Positions 1 to 14,500 of a DNA stretch of 64,000 bases are shown in pieces. The notes beneath the pieces are model-generated. The model ran no database searches and was not told where the DNA came from. It saw only the letters and a program-made list of their open reading frames with translations. Both the position numbers and the translations under genes were made by a program. How positions within the stretch are numbered: position 1 is the stretch's first letter; each line of letters begins with the position of its first letter. Origin of the DNA: Octopus sinensis (taxonomy: Eukaryota); the NCBI RefSeq assembly GCF_006345805.1, contig NC_043026.1, positions 2,232,001-2,296,000 on the forward strand. Direction: 5' to 3'.

Positions 1-416
1 AGAAAGAAAGAAAGATGCAGAGTCGCGTGAGAGTTAATATCAAGGCTAACTTGATAAACAGAACAATCTTACTTAATAGGGTGCGTGCGTTTAGTCGTAT
101 AATATGTTAATAAAATAGAACATATGCATATATATAAACATATATGTACGTACCTACCTCTACATGTACATATACACGCATATATGTGTACAGGACACCA
201 AAAAGACGTCGAACACATAGAGAGACGAAAAACATAGACACAAACCAAGGAACAAGACAAGCAAAAAAAGAGAGATACAGGACAATAAGCACAACGAAAA
301 ATCCCCTTCTTCAGTCGCTAAGGTTTCATCTACTAAACGTTCGAAGGATAAAAGCGAGACGTATACTTCGAAGAAAACTTCCTTCCTGCGAAAAGCAAAT
401 CAATTAAAATTCTGAG

Positions 417-464
<48 letters not shown>

Positions 465-1059
465 CTTCATAATAATTCATCCTAGCAGAACTTCCTGGTG
501 GTCATGACAAAGCCCTTCAAACAATGAGCCTAACTTACATTCAGAATATAACTGGGAAGGAAGCACACAATATCTATTGATTGAAACCAAAAGCCCAAAG
601 GCAAAAAAAATTCTTTTTTAAATAAATAAGATAATTGGTTCTATAACAGATGGACTTATTTAGAAATAGAAGTATATAGAAAATTTTAATAATTTTGAGA
701 AGTCTTACAGGATGAAATGATATAAAGAGGTATAAAAGTATAAAAATATGGCATACACATATACATATATAGCGAAGGCAGGATAGCATGAGAAAATCCA
801 GTTGGCGGCCAGTAGTATTAGTAATAATAATAATAACTCTTGTAGCTCAACTAGTAATAACATGATTCATTAGAACAACCTTGCCGAACAACAATAACCA
901 CAAAAACAATATCAAAAACCTAGAAAACAGAATCCCAAACCATAAGACAAGATTAACCAAACCCAGACACACAAGAATCAACCATGAATTAAAGAAAACT
1001 TATAATAGACAACAAATTAAACAACTACTGCCACAAAATCTAATTGCCACTCCAAGCAC

Positions 1060-1303
1060 CCAGACAAACAGACCTAACCAAAAATATAAAGACCATGACA
1101 TCTTTTGGTATAACCCGATTTGGGACTCCAGCATCTCATCTAATATCACGAAACAGTTTTTCACTGCACTGGATTGCTGCTTCCCTAAAACTGGAGTGTA
1201 CAGCAAAACATTTAACCGTCACACTATAAAACTATCCTATGCAAATTCATCAAACATAGAGCACCATATCCATAGGATTAACAACCGTAAACTGAGACTT
1301 TAA
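1060..1303 (+). mobile_element. Penelope-like element ORF fragment (region between RT and GIY-YIG)
   Basis: IFWYNPIW...FPK...KTFNRHTIKLSY resembles the WFNPP...HFP...KIFNRNTVKISY motif I recall from PLE ORFs. Confidence 0.65.
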
Positions 1304-1380
1304 GCCCAACTCATTTAACCAGCCTAAAGACAACGTTTATTACTCAAATTATACTAAACACTTTCAAACTTCAGACACTG

Positions 1381-1640
1381 TGTCATCCCTTGTGAAAGGT
1401 AGGAGAGTCCAGTTTGCTGGACATTGTTGTAGAGCTGAAAAAGAAGTAATTTCTACTCTTCTCCTCTGGAAGCCATCTACTCGCAATACCAGAGGGCGCA
1501 CACTCTCCTACCCTGATGTAATCTCGAGGGATACAGGCATCCAGCAACAGGACCTCCGTAATGCTATGATGGACCGTGAAGTCTGGCGTAACAGAGTAAA
1601 TTCCATTGTCTCGACCACGGTCGAACAATGATAATGATAG
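1381..1640 (+). mobile_element. 5'-truncated RTE-like LINE 3' end
   Basis: RRVQFAGHCCR...LLLWKP...RGR...AMMDREVWR, typical LINE ORF2 C-terminus, followed by a short TGA/TAA-type tail. Confidence 0.75.
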
Positions 1641-1747
1641 AATATCCACGAATATTTGAATACTCTGTATTTGACATATGATCGTGCCATCTAAATCCAT
1701 ACACGTATACATGTATATATATGTATATCTGTCTGTATATACAGGCA

Positions 1748-2314
1748 TAACTAAACACTTTCAAACTTCGGACACTGGTAGAATGTGTCATTTTTTACTC
1801 ATAGCGTTTTTGAGAAAAGCTGATATTTAGGAAGTTATTTCACGTGGTATTTCGGTAATTTCAACCAATCAATGACGTGTATTCAGCTGAATATAATTAC
1901 TGCTGTTGTTTGTCAACAAGAACTTCCAGCGGCGTATATTTCGTTTGTCACTGTTAGTTATGTCAACCATAACCCTAACCCTAAAACCCTAAAACCCTAA
2001 CCCTAACACCCTAACCCTAAAACCCTAACCCTAACCCTAAAGCCTTAAAGCTAAAACCAGTACAAACGCACGAACGATGTCATAAATAAGAGTGACAAAC
2101 GAAAAATACACCACCGGAAGTTGTTGCTGACAAACAAGGGCAGTAATTTTATTCAGCTGAATACACGTCATTGATTGGTTGAAATTACCAAACTACTACA
2201 ACTTTATCGTGAAATAACTTCCTAAATATCAGCTTTTCTCAAAAACATTAAGAGTAAAAGATGTTTTATATGACACATTCTACCAGTAATACGATGTTTG
2301 AAAGTGTTTAGTTA
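1748..2314. mobile_element. Foldback MITE with about 220-bp TIRs and a central (CCCTAA)n-like tract
   Basis: TAACTAAACACTTTCAAAC...GTTTGAAAGTGTTTAGTTA termini with long arm complementarity; degenerate telomeric repeat at about 1970-2040. Confidence 0.85.
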
Positions 2315-2984
2315 CAAAAACTTATTTTTTAAATCTGTCGGTCAAAAGGTAAAGATCCGAATTTATCTATAAATAAATTGTCATAATAAAACTCAGAGTT
2401 TTGGATACTGGGGATACTAGTCTGCTCCAGCAGCTTATCATCTTTGTAAATGGTGAAATATATACCCTTTTTTTCATCCTTTATAATTGTGTAACTTATA
2501 CTCGTGTAGTATATACCTAATGTATATGTGCATGCATATATACATTGTGTACAAATGATTGTATATATACAAGTGTCTCCTTCCTTCATACTCACATATA
2601 CGTATGTATATACGTTTATATGTCTGCTGGTGTAGATATATCTGTCAGGCAAGAGGGTGTATTTGTGTATATACATCAAGTCTTGCAGCGAAGGGGAATG
2701 TTCTGCAGTTTACGTTTCTTTTATGCGTATGTTTATATTTGTATATACGTCTATTCGCGTATGCACGTGCATGGGCGTATAGAGCTGTGTACATGAGCAT
2801 TTTGATGCGTGGATTTTTGCGTATAGGATTTTTTTAATATGTTTTCCGCGAATGTATATACATGTGCGTATAAACTACGTTTTGTATATCCACGCATGTG
2901 TATGTGTGCGTGCGTGTAGAGTTGTATATATGAGCGTAGTGATGCGTGCATGAGTATATTTACGTGTGTATGTGCATGTATGCG

Positions 2985-3075
<91 letters not shown>

Positions 3076-3108
3076 TTGTATGCATATGTACATGTGTGTG
3101 TATGCGTG

Positions 3109-3156
<48 letters not shown>

Positions 3157-3377
3157 CATGTGTGTGTGTGCGTACATGTATGTGTGTGTATATGTGTGCA
3201 TGTGCAGATTCTACGAATGAAGTGTTACTTTCACCATTCCTATTTGAGTAATTTCCCTTTATTTAACGTTCTTTTTTCACAGCGTTTTGTCTTGATAACT
3301 GATGAGACGCCGGAGCAGACTTCATCCTCGGTATCCGGAAACTCTGAGTTTTATTATGACAACCAACTAACTGTCAC

Positions 3378-3419
<42 letters not shown>

Positions 3420-3450
3420 CATATTCATTTTTTTTTTTTTTTTTTTTTAC

Positions 3451-3491
<41 letters not shown>

Positions 3492-3935
3492 TTTCCTTTA
3501 TATAAATACATTTACATGTTTTCGGTTTTTGAAAAACCTTATCAAAAATGTGTGTGCTAAAATGGAATATGTAGAGAGAGAGAAAAGAGGTATTAATATT
3601 TTAAAATTAAAATTAGAATTAAAATTAAGCTTTTCATAGATTACTTTCTGTTTTCCTGCAAGAGCACATATTAGGCTTGCTGGCATGATAATCTGAAGTG
3701 TCTGTGACCGCAATCTGTTTTTGTAAATTAAATAGTGTGGTCAAGACTTGTTCCCTATAGGAGTGGCTGTAGCAGTCAAATAACTGGCAGCAGTAATAAT
3801 AATTGGCGTTGTGATGAAGTTGAAGAAATCGGTTTCTTCAACTCCTTGTCTTTATTTCTTATGAATAACTTGCATATCCACATATCCATATATATACATA
3901 CCTACTCATATATACACTCACCCATATACACATAT

Positions 3936-3973
<38 letters not shown>

Positions 3974-4163
3974 TCACATACACACATACAGATACATACA
4001 CACACTCATATATACATATACATACATGCTTACATCCCAGTAACTTTTGAAAGTATTTATGGAATAAATATTTGGCATAAAAAATAAGTTCTAGGGTAAA
4101 TTTGCTTGACTAAAATCCTTCAATGTGATGCTCCAGCATGGCTGCAGTCAAATGACTGAAACA

Positions 4164-4207
<44 letters not shown>

Positions 4208-4455
4208 ACCCGATGACGGGTCAATACCCTGAAACTCGAGTCCGTGTGTATCATAAGTTGAAGACGGGAAGGATGGCTTCCCTTTGCAAATACTGATAGG
4301 GCACAGAAAGTGTGTCAATAGCCAGCTGGAGGAGGTGTCCTCCTGGGGCTACAAACTACAGTAGCATCCACCCTTAGGGGTTAGCCATATTCAAATGGCA
4401 AATATACGTCACGATGTGTTGCTGCTACTGTTTATAACTCGCTCTGAGATTTATC

Positions 4456-4499
<44 letters not shown>

Positions 4500-4887
4500 C
4501 ATATATATAAAGACAGAAATATATACGTCTCTAAAGTGATGAGCGTTAAGAGGCATTAAGCAGGAAAATGTGAAATCCTTGGTGACCCTGGCTCCATCTG
4601 TGACTGCAGGGAGCTTGCCTACCTTATCAGCTCATTGAGATAGTGTTTTTGTGACTATTCAGTTGTTTTGACTCTTATTTCTAGCAATACTGGTGCGATT
4701 TGTGCCCTTTCTCAATTTAGTGATGTATATATATCTCTGCCTTTAGGTTGTAAAATTGCAAATTAGCTGCCTGTTTTATATATGTATGTTCCAGCACACG
4801 ATCTCAGATCAAATCCCTTGCTATGTGAGTACATCTCCGTAATATATATATATATATATATATATAGATAGATGTGTATATATATAT

Positions 4888-5012
<125 letters not shown>

Positions 5013-5207
5013 ATATACACACACACAAAATAAGAAAATGGAGGAATAGATTTCTTTCAATCATCAACTACTATATAATACCAATTCATATAATTTATTA
5101 ACTAATTATTTAGGAACATCCAGATCAAACAGAATACTACAGAATAAAACAGTACACATCAATGAGTAAGATAATACCATAAGAACAATGCATATAAATA
5201 TTAAAAT

Positions 5208-5336
5208 GGATCTTACAGCTGTTTCAGCCTGTAGATAAGAGTATCTCATTATGCTCATATTAGTCAGATGTATTGAGGTAATATGCAGTTATAAATGAGT
5301 TACTTATATATATATCTCAAGGCCTCGTCAGAGATC
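5208..5336 (-). ncRNA. Hammerhead ribozyme motif (type I) with long helix II, inside a non-coding element at about 5022-5630
   Basis: gaucu-CUGACGA-GGCC...GGCU-GAAA-CAGCU-GUA-agauc; stem I, palindromic stem III and the GUA triplet are all present. Confidence 0.8.
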
Positions 5337-5713
5337 ATGAAGTACAATTATAAAGGTGTAAAATGAAGATATAAAGTGCAAATATGAATATTAGAGAAGG
5401 TACACATATACAAGAATAAGTATATATACATATATACATGTACATATAAGTGTATATACACCTACATATACATATGTATAAGTATATACATAATAATATA
5501 CATACACATAAGGTTACAGTTAATCAGATCTATATACTAGAATATATATACATACATATATCCACATCAAAGTGTGTAAAACATTTTACCATATAATACA
5601 ATAAATGAATCAATTGCATTGCAATTCTTAGCATCTATGTATTAGCCTTTCTGGGTACTTCACTGGCAGTATATTGGATAAATGATATCCCATAGTGGGT
5701 TACTCTCATAACG

Positions 5714-5773
<60 letters not shown>

Positions 5774-6360
5774 TGTATGTATGTATGTATACATGTATGT
5801 ATGTATGTATGTATGTATGTAGGTAAGTAGGTAGGTAGGTAGGTAGGTATGTGTGTATGTTTGTATGTATACATGTATGTGTGTGTGTATGTGTGTGTGT
5901 GTAGGTATATAGACCCTGCATAAAACAAGATCAGAACAGAGACATCAGAATGTCATACAACGACATTAGTCTGTGTAATTACCAAAGTTAATCAATTGTA
6001 AACTCATCCCTCCTCGGCTAACGATCATGTAAACAGCAAACAATTAGACATGCTTGAGTAAACAGTCTTTTTTCTTGGACGTATATATATGAGTGTGTGT
6101 GTGTGTGTGCGTGTGTGCGTGTGTGTGTGCGTGTGTGCGTGTGTGTATGTGTGTGTGCGTGTGTGTGTGTGTGTGTGTGTACATGTCCCAGTATGTGCAC
6201 GTGCATGTGTATTAATGTGTGTCGTGTGTATAATTTCGTGCGTATGTATGTCTGTGCATGTGTGTATGGGTGTATGTGTACATATGTGCATATGTATGCA
6301 CGTGTACATATGTGTGCGTGTATGTGTATGTGTTTACATGTGTGTATATGAGTATATATG

Positions 6361-6391
<31 letters not shown>

Positions 6392-7340
6392 AGCAGACTA
6401 ATCCAGGATTTACTAATCTCGTCGCCATATCTGTTTAGCCAGGAATAGACTGGCCCCGCCGTCAGTTGTGATGACAAGGGTTCGAGGTGATCCGATCAAC
6501 AGAACAGCTTGCTTGTGAAATTAACGTGCAAGTGGCTGAGTACTCCACAGACACACATACCTTTCACGTAGTTCTCAGGGAGATTCAGTGTGGCAAAGTT
6601 GGCCCCTTTGTATTACTGGTACTACTCATTTTTGCCAGCTGATTGGACTGGGGCAACGTGAAATAAAGTGTCTTGCTCAAGAACACAATACCTCACCGGG
6701 AACTGAACTCACGATTCGACGATCGTGAGCCAAACACCCTAACCACTCAGCTATGCACCTTCACCATCAACGAATAAATGACTGGTTTATTTCCCAACCC
6801 TGTTTTCTCACCTCTATTAATTCTGACATTTTGTCATGGCTGGGAACAAAATCTCTTGAATCCATTTCAAATGCTTCTATGTCAGTTTCACAGGGTTTTG
6901 CTTTTGTTTTCTATGAATTAATATGTTTGTGTGGAACACAAATGGGTCTAAAATGTGAGTACATGAGTGAGGGCGGGGTGGCAGGGTGCATAGGGCATCA
7001 TCATCATCATCATCACCACCGTCACCGTCATCGTACCGCCACCAACACCAGCACCCGCACCACCAAAACCATCATCACCATTACCAGCACCAGCATCACC
7101 ATCATCATACCACCACTACCATCACCACTTCTACCACCACCACCACCATCATCATCAGCACCATCACTGCCATCACCAACACCACCATCATCTTCACCAT
7201 CACCAACACCACGACTACTACTACCACCACCACCACTACCATCATCACCGTCGTCATCGTCTTCTGTGCTGGCATAGGTTCATCAATTCCACAAGATTCA
7301 AGGAGACAGAGGACGGCATCAAGCTCCAATATCTGCTTTA

Positions 7341-7383
<43 letters not shown>

Positions 7384-7677
7384 TGCGCACCTCTATACAT
7401 ATATATATCATATACATACATACATATGTATATATATATATATTTCTTTACTGCCCACAAGGGGCTAAGCATAGAGGGGACAAACAAGGACAGATAAAGG
7501 GATTAAGTCGATTACATCGACCCCAGTGCGTAACTGGTACTTAATTTATCGACCCCGAAAGGATGAAAGGCATAGTCGACCTCGACGGAATTTGAACTCA
7601 GAACGTAACGGCAGACGAAATACCGCAAAGCATTTCGCCCATATATATATATATAACATATATATACATATATATAC

Positions 7678-7797
<120 letters not shown>

Positions 7798-7806
7798 TAT
7801 ATTAAT

Positions 7807-7890
<84 letters not shown>

Positions 7891-8559
7891 AATTAATATA
7901 AAAGCTAAGTGTAATATAATACTATAAAGGAAAAAATTTATCGTCGCTAACTGTGACTACATATACAGACATTTACATATAGTTCAAATTTATAGAAAAA
8001 CGAAAGACACAGATAGGTGTATGAACAACAAGCAAGTGTATTAGTTTGATGCTCAAGAAAATGAAAAAGTCTTTTACATTTTGAGCCTCTGCTCTTCAAC
8101 AGAAAGGAATAAGAGGAAATAAACAGAGAGAGAATGAAAAAAACCTTGCAGATTTCAGTGGTCCAACATGGCGAATATATACATACATATATACATATAT
8201 ACACATGCATACACACACACGCACATCTTTATATATACAGGCACAGGTATAGCTGTGTAGTAAGACGCTTGCTTCCCAACCATATGGTACTAGGTTCAGT
8301 TCTACTGTGTGGTACCGTGGGAAAGTGTCTTCTACAATCACCCCCAAGCCTTGAGTGTTTAACATCCATTGTCAATGCTAGCATGGGTTGGATGGTGTGA
8401 CCAGAGCTGGCAAGCCAGAGTGCTGTACTAGACTTCAATCTAACTTGGCATGGCGCATTTACATGTCGCTACATGGGTGATGCTATGTGGCATTGCACGG
8501 CCGCTTTTATATGGCACTACCAAGGGAGATGGACACATCTAGAAGGATTGGTCTTGAAA

Positions 8560-8970
8560 CTTCTACTGCAGGTTATGGGTCTTCTTGCATATGGTCCAGC
8601 ACCAGGTATTTCAGTCCTTGGTCATCTCACCTGAAAGGTGCAGCTTCCTAAGTTCATTCTTCAGTATTTCATCCCATGTCTTCCTGGGTTTCCCAGTTCG
8701 ACATGTTCCATCCACTTCCAGAGATCAGCACTTCCTTAAGGAGCTGTCAGCATCCATCTGCAGCACATGAGCAAACCAGGGCAAGCAATTCCTCTTAAGC
8801 CTAACTTCTCTCTCAGAACACTGGCACTCTGTTGAACATGAACACTTACATTACACGTCCAGTGGAACTTTCTAGCCTCACTCCTTTATAACCTTCACAT
8901 GTCTTCTGCATTTTTGGTTCACGTCTCACTACCATACAAAATTGCTGTCCATATACATGCTTCATACAAT
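8560..8970 (-). mobile_element. Decayed RTE-like LINE 3' fragment
   Basis: Minus strand reads EVDGTCRTGKPRKTWDEILK...MTKD with stops, typical ORF2 C-terminus. Confidence 0.6.
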
Positions 8971-9015
8971 CTATCTATCTACCTATCTATCTACCTATCT
9001 ACCTATCTATCTATA

Positions 9016-9052
<37 letters not shown>

Positions 9053-9122
9053 GTTTATCTTTCTACCTATCTACCTATCTATCTATCTATCTATCTATCT
9101 ACCTATCTATCTACCTACCTAC

Positions 9123-9196
<74 letters not shown>

Positions 9197-9197
9197 G

Positions 9198-9269
<72 letters not shown>

Positions 9270-9290
9270 CCTCTCTATCTACCTACCTAC

Positions 9291-9321
<31 letters not shown>

Positions 9322-9329
9322 CTATCTTA

Positions 9330-9366
<37 letters not shown>

Positions 9367-9494
9367 GTCTGTCTGTCTGTCTATCTATCATCTATCTATC
9401 TATCTGTCTATCTATCTCTCTCTTCTATCTATCTATATACTATCTATCTATCTATCTGTCTCTCTATCTGTCTATCTATCTGTCTCTTATCTGT

Positions 9495-9557
<63 letters not shown>

Positions 9558-9640
9558 CTATCTATTTATCTATCTATCTATCTATCTATCTATACTATCT
9601 ATCTATCTATCTATTCTATCTATTTATCTATCTATCAATC
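8968..9640. repeat. (ATCT)n microsatellite, about 670 bp
   Basis: Seen directly. Confidence 0.98.
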
Positions 9641-9674
9641 AGTGTGTGTGAGCATGCGTGTGCGTGTGTATATG

Positions 9675-10555
9675 CGTGCCTGATATATAATTATCCAAAC
9701 TGTTGCTATAGTAACGAAGCTAAAGGACGAAGAGTGAAGCCACTTTGTACTGATTGACCTTGAACTCTGCAGTGCATCCGCACTAAGTTCTAACGTTCTA
9801 GCTCACTTCCGCTGTTTATAGCAGTGCTTGGAAGGAAGGTGTGTAGCATGTGATCATTGCATCGACCACGACAGAGAAAGTTGAGCAGAGAATCTGCATC
9901 AAATTTTGTTAAAAGTTTGGCGATCCCTGCTCAGAAGCTTACGCTAAGTTTTCAAAAAGTTTTCGATGTTCTCGACACAATCAAGGAGATCTTGTGCAAC
10001 AGAAACACGAGTGTTTTTTGGGGTTTTTTTGTCAGCTGGAAGCAGTTTTGGTGCAAACTTGACAAACGCGCATCTCATACCCAAATCTTCAATGATAATG
10101 GACTGAACTGAACCATAACTAATCTGCACATTCTCTGATAACTCACGGATGGTGATTCAACGATTTCCCCTCATGGCTGCATTCACATCTGCTATGTTTT
10201 TCTCAGTTCTGCTGGTTGCGGGTCTCTCAGAACGTTTTTCAATATCGACATTTTTTCGGTCACCTAGGAAACGTCTGAACCACTTGTACACTTGTGTGCC
10301 ACTCATACACTCCTCTCCATACGCTTTCTGCAACTTAGAGTAGGCCTCTGAACAATTTTCTGTCATGGTCAACGCGATGATCACATGCTACACACCTTCC
10401 TTGCAAGCACTGCTGTAAACATCGGAAGTGAGCTAAAACTTTAAAACTTAGTGTACATGCACAGCAGAGTTCAAGGTTAATCTATACCAGGCAGCTTTAC
10501 TCTGTGTGCTTTAGCTTTTTTACTATGGTAACTGTCCGGATACTTATTGATCAGA

Positions 10556-10560
<5 letters not shown>
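9675..10560. mobile_element. Mariner derivative made of two inverted 5' ends
   Basis: Minus-strand transposase N-terminus (AYGEECMSGTQVYKWFRRF...RSERP; AKFAPKLL-like motif), terminus CGAGGTCTGATCAATAAGTATCCGGAC; about 9690-9950 is an inverted, diverged copy of the right end. Confidence 0.8.
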
Positions 10561-10602
<42 letters not shown>

Positions 10603-10829
10603 GATTACATATATTATTTATTTTTATGCTCAGTTATAATGAAAACAATTTTAAATTAACCTGATGGGTTGCTCTATACTTTTGTAGAGTACAAATGTAT
10701 TATTGTTGTTAATAATGTTGTTGACAGTGAATTCAAAGTTTTAGTCCGCTAAGGCAGCCCCACACTGTCTTAATTAGCCAACATTTTAAAGTCACCTTCA
10801 ACAACATTCTTGTATAAGAATTATATATA

Positions 10830-11720
10830 TCTACTACGTATGTAGGAAATTCTGTCTGTGGGTGTGTTTATGGAGTTGTTAGCTAACTCCTCCCACATCG
10901 TTTTATCGATTTTGATGAAACTTGACACGTGAGTAGAACTCATATCTGGAAACCTCATGGCGCACTTAGATTGTTGGAAAATATCTATAATAGGGCCCTT
11001 GAAAGAGATCCTTATATATATCTAATATATTTTATTTTGAAAACCAAAGGAAATAACTCATTCGTCTCTGGAAGGGATCCTTATATATAGCCAAGGGAAA
11101 TAACCCATTCATTTTCCGAAATCATTTGGTATAAATCAAATTGAGTATGCTTACTTCTTAGTATTTGATCTGTTAGAGTTATTTTCGCAATTTATCCACT
11201 ACAACCCTAAAACAAGTAAATAGTATTTTCCTAAACAATAGATCCACTTATTTCAGTTAGTGACTTATTCACGAATATACCAACACTAGCGCTCCTGAGG
11301 GTAATATTCTCTGGGAACGCACAAAAGTCCTTTTCAGAGTAATTTACTTTGAATAATTATCTCATATCTGATTAGCCTGTTATTACATAACATGATTCAC
11401 GATTTTAGTATACATACCTTATTAGTATTTCCTTCTATCTTCTATATGCTCTGAAGCCCTTTATTTGAATTCTTACTATCAGGTAACTAATTCCAAGTTT
11501 TTGCATAACTGCCTTCACAATTTGGGTATTCATAACTTATTGAGAATTCCTGAAAACAAGATCCTGAGTAAGACAGTTCGATATTCTCTGTAAATGCAAA
11601 AAAAAAAAAAAACAATTTAAGAGCTACATACTTTGTATTACTGGATTAGCGGAACAATTATGAGAACAGAACCAAGGGATAAACCCCGCTTTCCTTGGAA
11701 TTACCGGGTACATCAGCTAG
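10830..11720 (+). mobile_element. Non-autonomous Helitron-like element
   Basis: 5' a|TCTACTA start, tctgtctg and gattttgatgaaactt motifs, 3' GC-rich imperfect hairpin then CTAG|t. Confidence 0.6.
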
Positions 11721-12074
11721 TATATACACATATAGTTGAAAAGAGGTTATGAATCCATATAAATCAAAAGTTATAACCTTTGATAAAAAGTGAAAATGGA
11801 AACAACACAGAGTTATGTTTAAAGATTCTTTTTATGTTTTTCTTTAATGAACAGAATTTTTATTCTTTTTTTCTTTTATTTGTTTCAGGCATTTGACTGC
11901 AGCCATGCTGGAGCACCGCCTTTAGTCAAACAAATCGAGTCCAGGACTTATTCTTCGTAAACCTAGTACTTATTCTGTCGGTCCTTTTTGCCGAATCACA
12001 AATTCATGGGGATGTAAACATACTAATATCAGTTGTCAAGTGATGGTGGTGGGACAATCACAGACACACAAACA

Positions 12075-12118
<44 letters not shown>

Positions 12119-12250
12119 TATATATATATATACAAAATTTGTAAGTAAAAAAATTTATAATCTTCGGAATTTTTAAAAATATGCTAGGCCACTGGTTTTA
12201 ATTGATTAATATCAATTTCTACCCTTATTTAATTTTATATATATATATAA

Positions 12251-12281
<31 letters not shown>

Positions 12282-12479
12282 GATATATATCATATGTATA
12301 TATATATATTATATATTAGATATATATGTGTGTGTGTGGGGTGGGTTATATATTATATGGGGGGGGGATAAGAAAAATCAACGAAAACGCACATTGTAAA
12401 TAAATAAAGGCTTTTTATGAAAGGTAACGACAGATATATACACTTAGATGGACTGAGGTAGTAATACAAGTCATAAAGG

Positions 12480-14500
12480 TCATTATTATGAGATGATTAA
12501 AAAGTCAGAAAGCAAAGCATACCATGGTTTCGTCATAAGCTATTCATTGCTTTGAATAAACACCGGCTAATGAACGGTGTCAGGTCTAATAGTTCCTGAG
12601 TAAAAAGATTATTATAAGGGAGGTAAGTAGTTCTGGATTTAGTGCAGTTGTGTAAGATATAGAATTATAATGTGAATGGTGTAGGGAGAGTATAGTGATT
12701 AGTGGTGTTAATTGAAGGGTTAATGGTGTTCTGTATTATATTATGTGTTCATATTTAGTTGGGGAAGATATTTGTTGATGAAAATTCCCTCTTTATTCAA
12801 CCTTTGTTGCATTGTGGTGTTCTGTGAACATTGATAGAAGGGGAAGATTTGGAAATTGGGATTAAGATTCCTGGCACACCTTTCTATGTGTTCGCTCACC
12901 TTTAACTGTCTGTATTGTGGGTGACGGATTTGCTCTTTGTGGATGGTGGTTCTTCGACGGAGTGATATTCCTGTTTGTCCAATATAGGGGTTACCACATC
13001 CTAAGCATGTCATGACATAGATTAGATTTTCCGAGGGCAGGTGCGCAGGTGAAATTTGATTTGATCTTAAAATATTTTTCTTGTTTGAAGTGAAATTCTG
13101 AACCCCCCAAAGTGGTGGGGGCATGTCCACAGTTAGGACGACCACATTTTTTTACTTTTGGCTCTGTTGTTAGTGGATATAGTCTTGCGCTGGTTAATTT
13201 TTCAGTGACTTCGGTTGCCTTTTGGTTTTATAATTTTGTGAGAGCTTAAAATTTCGCTCATTGTTTTGTCTGCTGTGAGGATGGGAAGATTTTGGGTGAT
13301 AATGTTGACGGCTTCGTTGTTTCTAGGGTTACGTGTGGAAATGTACGGGAGTATTTTTAAGTCTGGTTTAGTATTTCGGCCGGTTTGCCTTAACATTTGT
13401 ATATCTATTTCCTTAGCTCTTTTGATGCTTTCATTTATTAATGAGATTGGGTTATGTCTTTTAGTTAGTGTTGATCTAAGTTCAAGGAATATTTGTTCAC
13501 GAGTATATGTATCCAAAACTATGGTACAGATTCTTCTCGCTAGATTAAAAGGTATATTAATTTTTATGTGTTTGGGGTGGCAAGAGTTAAATAATAGGTA
13601 TTGTTTAGAATCTGTGGGTTTATAAATGATGTCTGTTTCTATGTGGTTGTTAACTATTTTCATTAAGATGTCTAGAAAAGGGAGTGTTTACTGTTGTGTT
13701 CCATAGTGAATTGTATATTGCTGGTGTATGTTGTTAAGCATTAATTTGAAATAAAGGAGTTTGTCCATGCTGTCTTTCCAAAGTATGAAGCAATCATCCA
13801 ATATCTCTTCCAGTCTCCTTTAAAAGCAATTAAAAGAGGCGCCATATTTTTTCTAGTGATTGGTTGGTATAACTTGAGTTCTAGGTAACCCATTACAAGG
13901 TTTGCAATCACTGGAGCAGCTTTGGTTTCCATTGCGGTTTCCACATTTTTGGTCGATAGTAGTTGTTGTATCGAACATGAAAAAATTGTTCAGCAGGATG
14001 AATTTGAGTGCTTCGATTATAAAACTGGGATCTCTTATGGGTATTTTTCTAGCCAGAAAGTGATTGCTTCTATACCATAGTCGTGTGGGATATTGGTGTG
14101 ACAGATTCACCACATCGAAAAGATACCAGCAGGGATCCTTCCTTTACTGTCTTCGGGGAGGTGGTTCAGCATGTCTAGGTCATCCCTGATAAAGCTTTTC
14201 AATATTTTTAAAAAGGTTTGAGTAATATGTCGAGGGAGTTGCTCAAATGGTGGGTTTCACAAGAAGGGTCTCAGTTTGAGGTCAGTAAGGGGGAGGGACA
14301 TTAATGCATAGGCTGTAGAGACTTTGCAGGCTTCACAAATGTGTGGATTTTTATGTATTTTGGGTAATCGGTAGAATAGGACTAGGACTGTATTTAAAAA
14401 TGGATAAATAGTCTATTTCAAGTTTAGTGAGAACCTTTCCATGAATTTGGAGCAAGGGGGATAAGTTTTTCAGTGTTTTCTGTGGGTTGTAATGTGTTAA
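12480..14500 (-). mobile_element. Degenerate Penelope-like retroelement (RT + GIY-YIG endonuclease)
   Basis: FYRLPKIHK, AMETKAAPVIANLVMG, YKPTDSKQYLLFNSCHP, NLIYVMTCLGCGNPYIGQTG...R...H; many frameshifts; hammerhead half-site GAAACCATGGTA near 12520-12531. Confidence 0.92.

Noticed and set aside
1970-2040. True telomere or chromosome fusion site
   Set aside because: Short, degenerate, single orientation and enclosed by MITE arms.
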